64,000 bases of DNA from Mobula hypostoma (taxonomy: Eukaryota). A program made the translations under genes and the position numbers. Below, one piece after another: positions 13,100 to 23,709 of the stretch. The stretch lies in assembly GCF_963921235.1 (NCBI RefSeq), contig NC_086097.1:159342001-159406000 (forward strand). The letters are read 5' to 3'. Position 1 is the stretch's first letter; every line of letters starts with the position of its first letter. The notes under the pieces are model-generated. The model was given only the letters and a program-made list of their open reading frames with translations. It was not told the DNA's origin and made no database searches.

Positions 13100-13395
13100 A
13101 TCAGCATGGATATGGCCTTAGTAACAAAAGTACAAAGAACAAGTTCAATATGCCATCCAAAGTGTAATTATGGTGCATGACAGTGTGTTTGGAGTCTGGG
13201 GCACACTAGTAAAGTGTGGTGGAGGCAGTTACTCTCACCATATTTAATATGTCTATAGATCAACACTTCAATCAACAAGGCATTGAAGAACATGTGCTAA
13301 GTGTTGACTAATGGGATGAGTACAGATGGTTACTTGATGTCTGGCATAAACAGTGTGAGCTGAGTAGCTTGTTTCTATGCCGGGTGACTCTACAA
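13100..13395 (+). mobile_element. Very old CR1 3' end
   Basis: Degenerate GTGGTGGAGGCAG...TTTAA...GTTTCTATGC..TGACTCTA terminal pattern. Confidence 0.6.
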
Positions 13396-13729
13396 CTTAT
13401 TGCCCATATATTGAGGTCTACCAGCAAGTCATTCATGATATCCTATAGAGAGATACTGTTTTGACACCATTCCAGCAGTTTAACAGCTGTTTTGTACAAG
13501 TTATCAAACCTAACATTCTCCTACCTGCTCCATTTAAAAACAAAATTCATTCTCTTATTCCCTGTCCTAAAGACAGACATTGGGAACAAAAACACAGAAT
13601 GGCTTTATACATCATTTCACATGGTGTAATTTTTACTTCACTGACAACAGACATGCACTGGAGTACCAACTGCTGAATGGCACAGAAGACTTAACGTGTC
13701 AGACCCACAGTCAATTTCCAAAGGAGTTA

Positions 13730-13910
13730 GTAAAATCATATGGTCCGGAAACAGCGGTTCAGCCCACTGTTGGTACTGACAACAAAGCACTCATTTACAT
13801 TAGTTCTTCACTAATTCCATTTTATTCTTCCCTCATTCTCATCAATTCTTTCCAGATTCTAACATTCACGTACACATTAGGGAGAACTTACAGTGGCCAA
13901 TTAGCCTTCC
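13730..13910 (-). mobile_element. V-SINE 3' half with CR1-like tail
   Basis: Reverse complement of the 3' half of the SINE at 21894-22255. Confidence 0.65.
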
Positions 13911-14054
13911 AAATTGATCTTCTATTTGTAAACTCTACTGCGGAAGAGCAGGGCCATCCATTTGTGACATTCATTTCTCCACGTCTGACTTTGAAAGACA
14001 ATAAACTTACCTTTGACTAACCTTCAGTATTAACCGCAGTCCTCAACCTCAAAA

Positions 14055-14726
14055 GGAGGAGGAGGAGATGGCAACACGACGCAGCGCACGTGGCCACTTT
14101 GGTGGTGATGTCTGTTATTTGTCAAGTAGGGGACCGTGCACAATTCTGATTTGATGGAGACAGATGTGAGAGTACGGAGGAACATCTGGAGAAACTTCTG
14201 AAATGCCTGCTTCGCTGCTGCTGTTACTGTGTGGTCCGGAATCTCCAGAGGAGAAAGCTTGTTTTGGCGGCTGGGTGAGGTCGAAGGTGCTCGGCAGAGG
14301 ATGGCGCTCAGGAGGCTGTATCGAAGGAGCTGATCGGAGGCTCAAAGTTTTCGGACGGACGGACTCAGTGTCGGCTGTGGTCGGGTGTTTCCAATGCATC
14401 GGCAGTTGTCGGTGCCTGGAGGTTTATGGCAGGGAGTTTCTCCCTTTGCTGCCTGCTATCGGGGACTCGGGAGTCAATCGACTTGGGACTTTGAGACTTC
14501 TTTTTACTGTGCCCATGGTCTGTTCTTTATCAAATTATGGTATTGCTTTGCACTGCTGTAACCATATGTTATAATTATGTGGTTCTGTCAGTGTTAGTCT
14601 TTAGTTTGTCGTGTTTTTCTGTGATATCACTCTGGAGGAACATCGTATCATTTCTTAATGCATGCATGCATTTCTAAATGACAATAAACGAGGACTGAGT
14701 GTTCTCCTAATCTAATCAAAAAAAAA
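14055..14726 (+). mobile_element. Non-coding retroposon with purine-rich/YY1-like head and (TAATC)n+polyA tail
   Basis: Head GGAGGAGGAGGAGATGGCAAC, GC/CpG-rich body, and GACAATAAA..TAATCTAATC(A)n tail. Both ends are shared with 40831-41073. Confidence 0.75.
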
Positions 14727-14789
14727 CTAACCCCAACCTTGAATTGTGACACCTCTCCCTTCCCTCTCTCCATCCAATCTCCCCATTCA

Positions 14790-15470
14790 TTTAATGAAAA
14801 ATGTATTTCCTTTCCATTCTAAAACCATAGTACTGCAAATATATGCCCTTCATATACTTATCCCTCTTTTGATGATTCTTTGGAATATGCATTCATCACT
14901 TCCTTAGGCAGTACTTTCACCTGACTGCTACTCTATATATCTATCTCTCATCTCATTTCTAATTCTTCTGAAAAAAAAGTCACTTTTAATCTGAACCATG
15001 TGGTTATTGAGAATTCTACTCCAAGATATTGTTACTCCTCATTTCTTGAATCCATTTATGATTTATGAGTTTGAGCTAACCTGTCAATTTTTTTTAATCT
15101 TACTAAGCTCTGAGGAATAAAACCACTGCATCTTTTGTCCATCCACACAACTGAAATGTCTCACCTCAGGACCCATTTGTATTTTTCTCTCGATTTATAA
15201 AACAAGGGCTTGACATTTTTTTTCTACAAGTGTGGTGCCCTGAATTGAATATAATATCTTAATGAAGGTGTACACAATGTATCCAGTGCTTCTACTTACT
15301 GAGTCAAGGATCATCTATGCTTTATTAAAAAGGGTTTGCAACTAATTTTCATTTATATGCAATTTATGCTTATACATTCCTCAAGTCTCTTTTCTTGCAC
15401 TCTCTTTAATTTCGGCTATTTAATTAATATCCTTTTTCCACATCAGACTTCTGAAACTAATCTATTGTGA
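14790..15470 (-). mobile_element. Very old CR1 3' region
   Basis: Degenerate CTACAAGTGTGGTGCCCTGAATTGAATATAATA (reverse of the YCVQFWAPH motif) and TTAGGCAGTACTTTC (WNxLP). Confidence 0.55.
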
Positions 15471-15539
15471 AATTGAACATAGAATATAGAATAGTACAGC
15501 ACAGTACAGGCCCTTCGGCCCACAATGTTGTGCCGACCC

Positions 15540-18399
15540 TCAAACCCTGCCTCCCATATAAGCCCCCACCTTAGATTCCTCCATATACCTGTCTAGTAGT
15601 CTCTTAAACTTCACTAGTGTATCTGCCTCCACCACTGACTCAGGCAGTGCATTCCACACACCAACCACTCTCTGAGTAAAAAACCTTCCTCTAATATTCC
15701 CCTTGAACTTCCCACCCCTTACCTTAAAGCCATGTGCTATTGTATTGAGCAGTGGTGCGCTGGGGAAGAGGCGCTGGCTGTCCACTCTATCTATTCCTCT
15801 TATTATCTTGTACACCTCTATCATGTCTCCTATCACCCTCCTTCTCTCCAAAGAGTAAAGCCCTAGCTCCCTTAATCTCTGATCATAATGCATACTTTCT
15901 AAACCAGGCAGCATCTTGGTAAATCTCCTCTGTACCCTTTCCAATGCTTCCACATCCTTCCTATAGTGAGGCGACCAGAACTGGACACAAAACTCCAAGT
16001 GTGGCCTAACCAGAGTTTTATAGAGCTGCATCATTACATCGCGACTCTTAAACTCTATCCCTCGACTTGTGAAAGCTAACACCCCATAAACTTTCTTAAC
16101 TACCCTATCCACCTGTGAGGCAACTTTCAGGGATCTGTGGACATGTACCCCGAGATCCCTCTGCTCCTCCACACTACCAAGTATCCTGCCATTTACTTTG
16201 TACTCTGCCTTGGAGTTTGTCCTTCCAAAATGTACCACCTCACACTTCTCTGGGTTGAACTCCATCTGCCACTTCTCAGCCCACTTCTGCATCCTATCAA
16301 TGTCTCTCTGCAATCTTTGACAATCCTCTGCACTATCTACAACACCACCAACCTTTGTGTCGTCTGCAAACTTGCCAACCCACCCACCTACCCCCACATC
16401 AAGGTCGTTATTAAAAATCACGAAAAGTAGAAGTCCCAGAACAGATCCTTGTGGGACACCACTAGTCACAATCCTCCAATCTGAATGTACTCCCTCCACC
16501 ACCACCCTCTGCCTTCTGCAGGCAAACCAATACTGAATCCACCTGGCCAAACTATCCTGGATCCCATGCCTTCTAACTTTCCGAATAAGCCTACCGTGTG
16601 GATCCTTGTCAAATGCCTTACTATAATCCATATAGATCACATCCACTGCACTACCCTCATCTATATGCCTGGTCACCTCCTCAAAGAACTCTATCAGGCT
16701 TGTTAGACACGATCTGCCCTTCACAAAGCCATGCTGACTGTCCCTGATCAGACCATGATTCTCTAAATGCCCAGAGATCCTATCTCTTAGAATCTTTTCC
16801 AACAGCTTTCCCACCACAGAAGTAAGGCTCATTGGTCTATAATTACCCAGACTATCCCTACTACCTTTTTTGAACAAGGGAACAACATTCGCCTCCCTCC
16901 GATACCATTCCCGTGGACAACGAGGACATAAAGATCCTAGCCAGATGCTCAGCAATCTCTTCTCTCACCTCGTGGAGCAGCCTGGGGACTTATCTGTCCT
17001 AATGTATTTTAACAACTCCAACACCTCCTCTCCCTTAATATCAATATGCTCCAGAACATCAACCTCACTCATATTGTCCTCACCATCATCACGTTCCCTC
17101 TCATTGGTGAATACCGAAGAGAAGTATTCATTGAGGACCTCACTCACTTCCACAGCCTCCAGGCACATCTCCCCACCTTTACCTCTAATCGGTCCTACCT
17201 TCACTCATGTCATCCTTTTTTTCTTCACATAATTGAAGAATGCCTTGGGGTTTTCCTTTACCCTACTAGCCAAGGCCTTCTCATGCCCCCTTCTTGCTCT
17301 TCTCAGCCCCTTCTTAAGCTCCTTTCTTGCTTCCCTATATTCCTCAATAGACCCAGCTGATCCTTGCTTCCTAAACCTCATGTATGCTGCCTTCTTCCTC
17401 CTGACTAGATTTTCCACCTCACTTGTCACCCATGGTTCCTTCACCTCACCATTCTTTATCTTCCTCACCGGGACAAATTTATCCCTTACATCCCGCAAGA
17501 GATCTCTAAACATCAACCACATGTCCATAGTACATTTCCCTGCAAAAACATCATCCCAATTCACACCCGCAAGTTCTAGCCTTATAGCCTCATAATTTGC
17601 CTTCCCCAATTAAAAATTTTCCTGTCCTCTTTGATTCTATCATTTTCCATGATAATTATAAAGGCCAGAGAGCGGTGGTCACTGTCCCCCAGATGCTCAC
17701 CCACTGAGAGATCTGTGACCTGACCCGGTTCATTACCTAGTACTAGATCTAGTATGGCATTCCCCCGGTCGACTTGTCCACATACTGTGACAGGAATCCA
17801 TCCTGGACACACTTAACAAATTCTGCCCCATCTAAACCCTTAGAACTAATCAGGTGCCAATCAATATTAGGGAAGTTAAAGTCACCCATGATAAAAACCC
17901 TGTTATTTTTGCACCTTCCCAAAATCTGCCTCCCAATCTGCTCCTCTGTATCTCTGCTGCTACCAGGGGGCCTATAGAATACCCCCAATAGAGTAACTGC
18001 TCCCTTCCTGTTCCTGACTTCCACCCATGTTGACTCAAAAGAGGATCCTGCTACATTACCCACCCTTTCTGTAGCTGTAATAGTATCCCTGACCAGTAAT
18101 GCCACCCCTCCTCCCCTTTTTCCGGCCTCTCTATCCCTTTTAAAGCACTGAAATCCAGGAATATTGAGAATCCATTCCTGCCCTGGTGCCAGCCAAGTCT
18201 CTGTAATGGCCACCACATCATAATTCCATGTATGTATCCAAGCTTTCAGTTCATCACCTTTGTTCCTGATGCTTCTTGCATTAAGGTACACACATTTCAG
18301 CCCTTCTACCTTACTGTCTTTACACCGTTTATTCTGATTCTCTTTCCTCAAAGCCTCTCTGTATGTTCGATCTGGCTTTACTCTATGTACTTCTTTCAC
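15540..18399 (-). pseudogene. CR1 ORF2: APE endonuclease + reverse transcriptase, frameshifted
   Basis: Endonuclease motifs YLNARSI, AITETWL, MGDFNFP and DSDH; RT motifs YMDYSKAFDK, GVPQGSVLG and KFADDTK. Split across ORFs 17749-18399, 17582-17812, 17205-17609, 16965-17204 and 15540-16955. Confidence 0.95.
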
Positions 18400-18434
18400 T
18401 GCTCTATCGCTCTGGGTCCCATCCCCCTCGCAAA

Positions 18435-19376
18435 TTAGTTTAAACCCTCCCGAACCATGCTAGCAAACCTACCTGCAAGGATATTGCTCCCCCTTGAGTT
18501 CAGGTGCAACCCATCCAATCTGTACAGGCCCCACCTTCCCAGAAGAGATCCCAATGATCTAAAAGTCTAAAACCCTGCCCCCTGCACCAACTCCTCAGCC
18601 ACGCATTCAACTGTCATCTCCTCCAATTCTTACCATCTCTGTCACGTAGCACTGGCAGCAATCCTGAGAACGCCACCCTTGAGGTCCTGTTCTTCAGCCT
18701 TCTGCCTAATTCCCGAAACTCACACTTCAGGACCTCGTCCCTCTTCCTGCCTATGTCGTTGGTCCCAACATGTATCACGACTTCTGGTTGCTTTCCCTCT
18801 CGTACCAGGATGTCGTGCACCCGGTCAGAGACATCCCGGACCCTGGCACCCGGGAGGCAACAAACCATGCAGGTGTCCTTCTCATGTCCACAAAATCTCC
18901 TGTCTGCTCCCCTGACTATAGAATCTCCAATGACGACAGCTTTCCTCTTCTCCGTCCCACCCTTCTGCACCACAGGGTCAGACTCAGTGCCAGAGGCCCT
19001 GCCACCGTGGCTCACATCTGGCCGGTCATCCCCACCAACAGTATGCAGGACAGTAAACTTATTATTCAGGGGAATGGCTACAGGGGTGCTCTGCACTACC
19101 TGTCTGCTCACCTTCGCTTTCCCCCCCTCTGACTGTCACCCAACGTCGCGCTTCCGACAGCCTAGGTGTGACTACCTCCCTGTAGCTCTCATCTATGACT
19201 GCCTCATTCTCCCTTATGAGTCAAAGGTCATCCAGCTGCTGCTCCAGATTCCTTATACAGTCTTCCAGATCGCCCAGCTGTATGCACTTCTGGCAGATGT
19301 GACTCTGCGGGAGAGGGGCGTCCCCCCAAGACTGCCACATCTCACATGACAGGCACATCACCGTCTCAGGGGACAT
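18435..19376 (-). pseudogene. CR1 ORF1: zinc finger/leucine zipper + SGNH esterase, disrupted
   Basis: CLSC...CQKCIQLGDLEDCIRNLEQQL, then SGNH blocks IGDSIV, LPGAR, HVGTND and DGLHLN (about 18500-18516). Premature stops at 19221 and 18614. Confidence 0.9.
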
Positions 19377-20399
19377 TGTAAAAACTAACTGCGAGCTAGC
19401 TTGTCCTCCGCCTCTTCTCGTCGAAGCCTCAAAGCTCCACTCCTTCACTGGCCCACTCACACTCTGACCGCTTTGCTTGAGCTATCCCTCTATTTATCTG
19501 TTTGAGCTTTTCAAAATGTTTGGTCACCTGACCTCGACTGCCCAATCAGCTGCTTTCTGCTGAGTCTGAGCTATTCAAATCTTGATTGTCTAATTAACAG
19601 CTTATTGCTGATCTATTCAAATCTTGATTGACTTGATTGCACAGACCAACTGCCAAAACTGCCAGAATCTCTTGAGTCAAAGCCTCAAAGCTGAGGCTTT
19701 GATGTGCATTTTCAGTTTATGATCAATTTCCAGTTCTGAGCCACGTGGAGAAGAAAGCCAAAACATTCAATAACAAGTATTGTGTTTCAGGCAAATTTAA
19801 GAAAATCTATTACATTTAGTAAATTGTACTTGCAATCAATTTTATGCTAACTTCTATCAGTGAGGAATTTGGATCAAGCACTTTCGGTGTGTAATTTACT
19901 CAGATATCTAATAATTTTCTAGTACCACATGCATACTGCATCTCTTCATGCAACATCCAGACCAACATAAATTGAAGTTCAGTGCTATATCTTCCAATGA
20001 ATTAGAACAGTCTTATTAAAATCAGGAGCACATTGTGCTGGTTTGGCTTTTCTCCTCAGTATGAAAAAAGACAACCCTCTGACATTGAGCTACCTGATTT
20101 GGCAACTTCATACCTGACTGTAAGTTACACAAACACCTTCCAAAATAATGTGTGTTTAAACTAACAGGGACTTTTTAATGCAGCATTCGCCTGCTGAGCT
20201 ACACATGGGACCCTCATTAGCAACAACAAGGAATTGGAATTGGAGTTGCTTTATTATTGTCACATCTACTGAGATACAGTGAAAAGCTGGTCTTGCGTAC
20301 TGTGCAGAATTAAAAGTGTAACAGCTACAAACAATAACATGCAACCTATAACTCCACTGTTGGAAGCATTATTATGGTCATGACTGGTGTGATCCTGTA

Positions 20400-21035
20400 A
20401 TGTCAGAGCAGGGGCTAAGCTATTCCCATTTACCTCCAGATGAAGTTCAGGGAGAAGAATTCCCACCGGCTGAACACTGCATTAGGCATGTCCACATTCA
20501 CTCCACCAAGTTTTATTGATGCACTAGAGAAAGCATTCTGTCTGGATGCATAATGGCTTGGTATGCTAGCTATTCTGCACATGACCTGCAGAGAGTTGTG
20601 GACACAGCTCAACACATCACAGGAACCAACCTCCCCTCTGTGAATTCTGTCTATACATCTCACTGCCTGTCAGTAGAGCAGCCGGCATAATCTAAGACCC
20701 CACCCGAACCAGACATTCTCTCGCCTCCCCTCACCCATTGTGCAGAAGATACATAAGCAGGAAAGCAAGTACCACCAGACTCAAGGATGGGTTCTATCCC
20801 AATGTTACCATTTGAATGGACCTTGTATGATAAAATGGACTGTTGGCCTCATAATTCACCTCTCTGTGATCTTGCACTTTATCGTTCACCTACACTGCAC
20901 TCTTTTGATAGCTTTTACATTATATTGTGCATTATTATTATTTTACCTGGTTCTGCCCCCATGCATGATTTGGTCTGTATAAACATTATGCAAGACAAGC
21001 ATAATGTGCGAATAATAAACTCATATCAATACCAG
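20400..21035 (+). mobile_element. Rex1/Babar 3' fragment
   Basis: ESILSGCIMAWY-type motif at about 20527; tail AATAATAAACTCATATCAATACC. Confidence 0.8.
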
Positions 21036-21061
21036 TACATCAACAGCTCATCATTTCCAAT

Positions 21062-21701
21062 CATAGTCATAGTCATAGTCATTGTCATACTTTATTGATC
21101 CTGGGGGAAATTGGTTTTTGTTACAGTTGTACCATACATAATAAATAGTAATAGAACCATAAACAGTTAAATAGTAATATGTAAATTATGCCAGGAAATT
21201 ATGAAACAAGTCCAGGACCAGCCTATTGGCTCATGGTGTCTGACCTTCCAAGGGAGGAGTTGTAAAGTTTGATGGCCACAGGCAGGAATGACTTCTTATG
21301 ACGCTCTGTGCTGCATCTCGGTGGAATGAGTCTCTGGCTGAATGTACTCCTGTGCCCACCCAATACATTATGTAGTGGATGGGAGACATTGACCAAGATG
21401 GCATGCAACTTGGACAGCATCCTCTTTTCAGACACCACCGTGAGAGAGTCCAGTTCCATCCCCACAACATCACTGGCCTTACGAATGAGTTTGTTGATTC
21501 TGGTGGTGTCTGCCACCCTCAGCCTGCTGCCCCAGCACACAACAGCAAACATGATAGCACTGGCGACCACAGACTCGTAGAACATCCTCAGCATCGTCCG
21601 GCAGATGTTAAAGGACCTCAGTCTCCTCAGGAAATAGAGATGGCTCTGTCTCTTCTTGTAGACAGCCTCAGTGTTCTTTGACCAGTCGAGTTTATTGTCA
21701 A
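21062..21701 (-). mobile_element. Young Rex1 LINE 3' fragment
   Basis: Uninterrupted frame DNKLDWSKNTEAVYKK..LYFLRRLRSF...SFLPVAIKLYN; tail CAATAAAGT(ATGACT)n. Confidence 0.9.
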
Positions 21702-21893
21702 TGCTGTAACCACCAAGATGAGTGATATTTTGAGGGATGACCTTCAGCCACGTTCCTGTACCTGGACTGCTCTCTCCACAGAAGTCAAGGTCACATTGAC
21801 TCTGAAATTCCTTGCCATTCAACTTTCCCACTGTTCTCCGTCATTACCACGGCATCAATGGGATTACCTAAACACTTCATACCTGAAGCAAGT

Positions 21894-22255
21894 GGGCAGC
21901 ACATGGGTGCAGCTAGTCGAGGTACTGCCTCACTGCGCCAAAGATCTGGGCTCATTCAGGACCCTAAGTTCTGTCTGTGTGGACTTTGCTTTGTGCTGGT
22001 GTTAGTTTCCATGGGTGCTCCAGTTGTCCTCCATATCCCAAGGCAGTTAGCGGGTTAATTGGTCACTAAATATAACTCCCAGTGTGTAGGAGAGTGGTAG
22101 AATGGGGAGCGGCTGGCGGGGGTGCTAGAGATGAGAAAATGGGGAGATAAGAATGGGATTAATGTTGGATTATTGTAAATGGATGCTTGAATAGTTACAC
22201 TGGACTCAGTGGACCAAAGGGCCCGTTTCCATATTATATCTCTCTAAGACTCTGA
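21894..22255 (+). mobile_element. Full-length V-SINE with CR1-derived tail (HE1-like architecture)
   Basis: tRNA head GGGCAGCAC...GCTAGT, V-domain TTTCCATGGGTGCTCCAGTTGTCCTCC, and a CR1-like end GGACCAAAGGGCCCGTTTCC...CTCTAAGACTCT. Confidence 0.8.
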
Positions 22256-22365
22256 TTTCATCTACTTTTAATGAGGTGTAAGGAGCATCTCAGGAAATGG
22301 GATTTTCCAACATTTCTGACTTTTCACAAGTACAGACAGCCTTCCTCTACAGCTGTCAGCCCATA

Positions 22366-22656
22366 TAGGCATCCGTTAGTCTCATGAGACCATGGATTTG
22401 CGCCTTGGAAGGTTTCCAGGGCGCAGGCCTGGGAGACCAACAGTTGTCCATGCTGCAAGTCTCCCCTCTTCATGCCACCAATGTTGTCCAAGGGAAGGGC
22501 ATTAGGACCCATACAGCTTGGCACTGGTGTCATCGCAGTGCGATGTGTGGTTAAGTGCCTTGCTCAAGGACACAACACGCTGCCTCAGTCAAGGCTCGAA
22601 CTAGCGACCTTCGGATCACCAGCCGACGCCTTAACCACTTGGCCACGCGCCAACAC
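22366..22656 (-). mobile_element. tRNA-derived CORE-type SINE
   Basis: Reverse strand shows A box TGGCCAAGTGG, B box GTTCGAGCC and CORE-like GTGTCCTTGAGCAAGGCACTTAACC. The 8-bp TSD AGCCCATA lies at 22358-22365 and 22662-22669. Confidence 0.85.
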
Positions 22657-23149
22657 ATACGAGCCCATAAGGGCTCTTCTTAATCATCTGAAACCTTTTT
22701 ATGAACAAAAAAACTATACCTGCTCCTTCAGTACACAGCTTCCTGTGGACCAAGAGAAGAATTTCCTTGTTATGTGCCTCCCTTGTTATTAGAAAGCACA
22801 CAGATCAATTTTAATCCTGCCCAGAGTATGTACCAGCAGAGTGCAATACAAATACAAGAGTAGCCAACGTGTCAGGACAGCAGTGGAGAACATTGTAGGT
22901 ATCCTGAAAATAAGGTTTGGTATCCTGAGTCCTTCAGATTACTGCAGCATGCATCCATGTGATTTGTGTGCTTCCCAATCTTGCAACTGAAGCCAGGAAC
23001 CTGAGAGCAGAAGCTAGAGCTTGGAGTTGTGCAGGAGCAAGAAATGGATGAAGATAGCTTCTGGAGGATATCCTGTTCAACGTTCGAAGACTCAAGTCCG
23101 AGCTGAGTAGAGAAGGCTTTTAGTAAGGAGCATAAGAAACCCATAGTTC

Positions 23150-23625
23150 CCGGTGCAAATCAGCAAGATTTATGAAAATGCTACTGGGACTTGAGGGGCT
23201 AAGTTACAGAGAGAGGTTGAGCAGCGAAGACTTTATTCATTGGAGCATGGGAGAATGAAGGGTGATATTACAGAGGCGTATTAAATCATTAAAGGCATAG
23301 ATAGGGTGAGTGAGTACAGTCCTTTCAGTGTTTGCCCTCTAGATCTTGGGGAGTTAAGAACTAGAGGACAACGGTATAGGATGAAAGGGGAGAGATAAAA
23401 CGAACAATTGTTTCAACCAGAGTGGTCTGTTTATGAAATGAGCTGACAGAGAGCATGACTAAGGCAGTATATTAACAACACTTAAAAGGTTTTTACACAG
23501 GTACCTATGTTGGGAAGGTTTAGAGGGAAGCAGGGTAATTGGACTAGTTTAGAAGGGAATCTTGGTCAGCATGGACCAGCTGGGTTAAAAAATGTCTTTC
23601 CATGCTGTAAGACTTGATGACTCTA
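23150..23625 (+). mobile_element. CR1 3' fragment
   Basis: GLEGLSYRERL motif and a CR1 3' UTR. Confidence 0.8.
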
Positions 23626-23709
23626 ACACCGTTGTAGCATATCAATGACAATTTATTGACTTTTGCCCTTGAAATTTTGTTCTGCAATTTCTTCTTTGAC
23701 ATCTGTAAC

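Larger units (their letters stand above)
15477..19692 (-). mobile_element. Near full-length CR1 LINE (5' UTR, ORF1, ORF2, 3' UTR with TTCTAT-type tail), disabled
   Basis: All domains are collinear, with only a few frameshifts and stops. The tail reads GAACATAGAATATAGAAT on the + strand at 15478. Confidence 0.97.
21030..23125 (+). pseudogene. PIF/Harbinger (HARBI1-like) transposase fossil in pieces around younger insertions
   Basis: Collinear motifs: ILRDDLQPRSCTWTALSTEVKVTLTLKFLA (from 21727); GFSNISDFSQVQTA (22300); FYEQKNYTCSFSTQLPVDQEK (about 22697); KYKSSQRVRTAVENIVGILKIRFGIL (22850-22927); IHVICVLPNLA (about 22953); then an acidic tail. Confidence 0.75.

Noticed and set aside
18753..19349. 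198-aa plus-strand ORF and other ORFs antisense to the CR1
   Set aside because: Antisense shadows of CR1 ORF1/ORF2 with no independent domain signal.
21223..21831. 202-aa ORF as a single gene
   Set aside because: Chimeric: Rex1 from about 21701 down, with read-in from unrelated flank upstream.
22600..22656. tRNA gene
   Set aside because: It is a SINE head; no complete cloverleaf, and it continues into a SINE body with a TSD.
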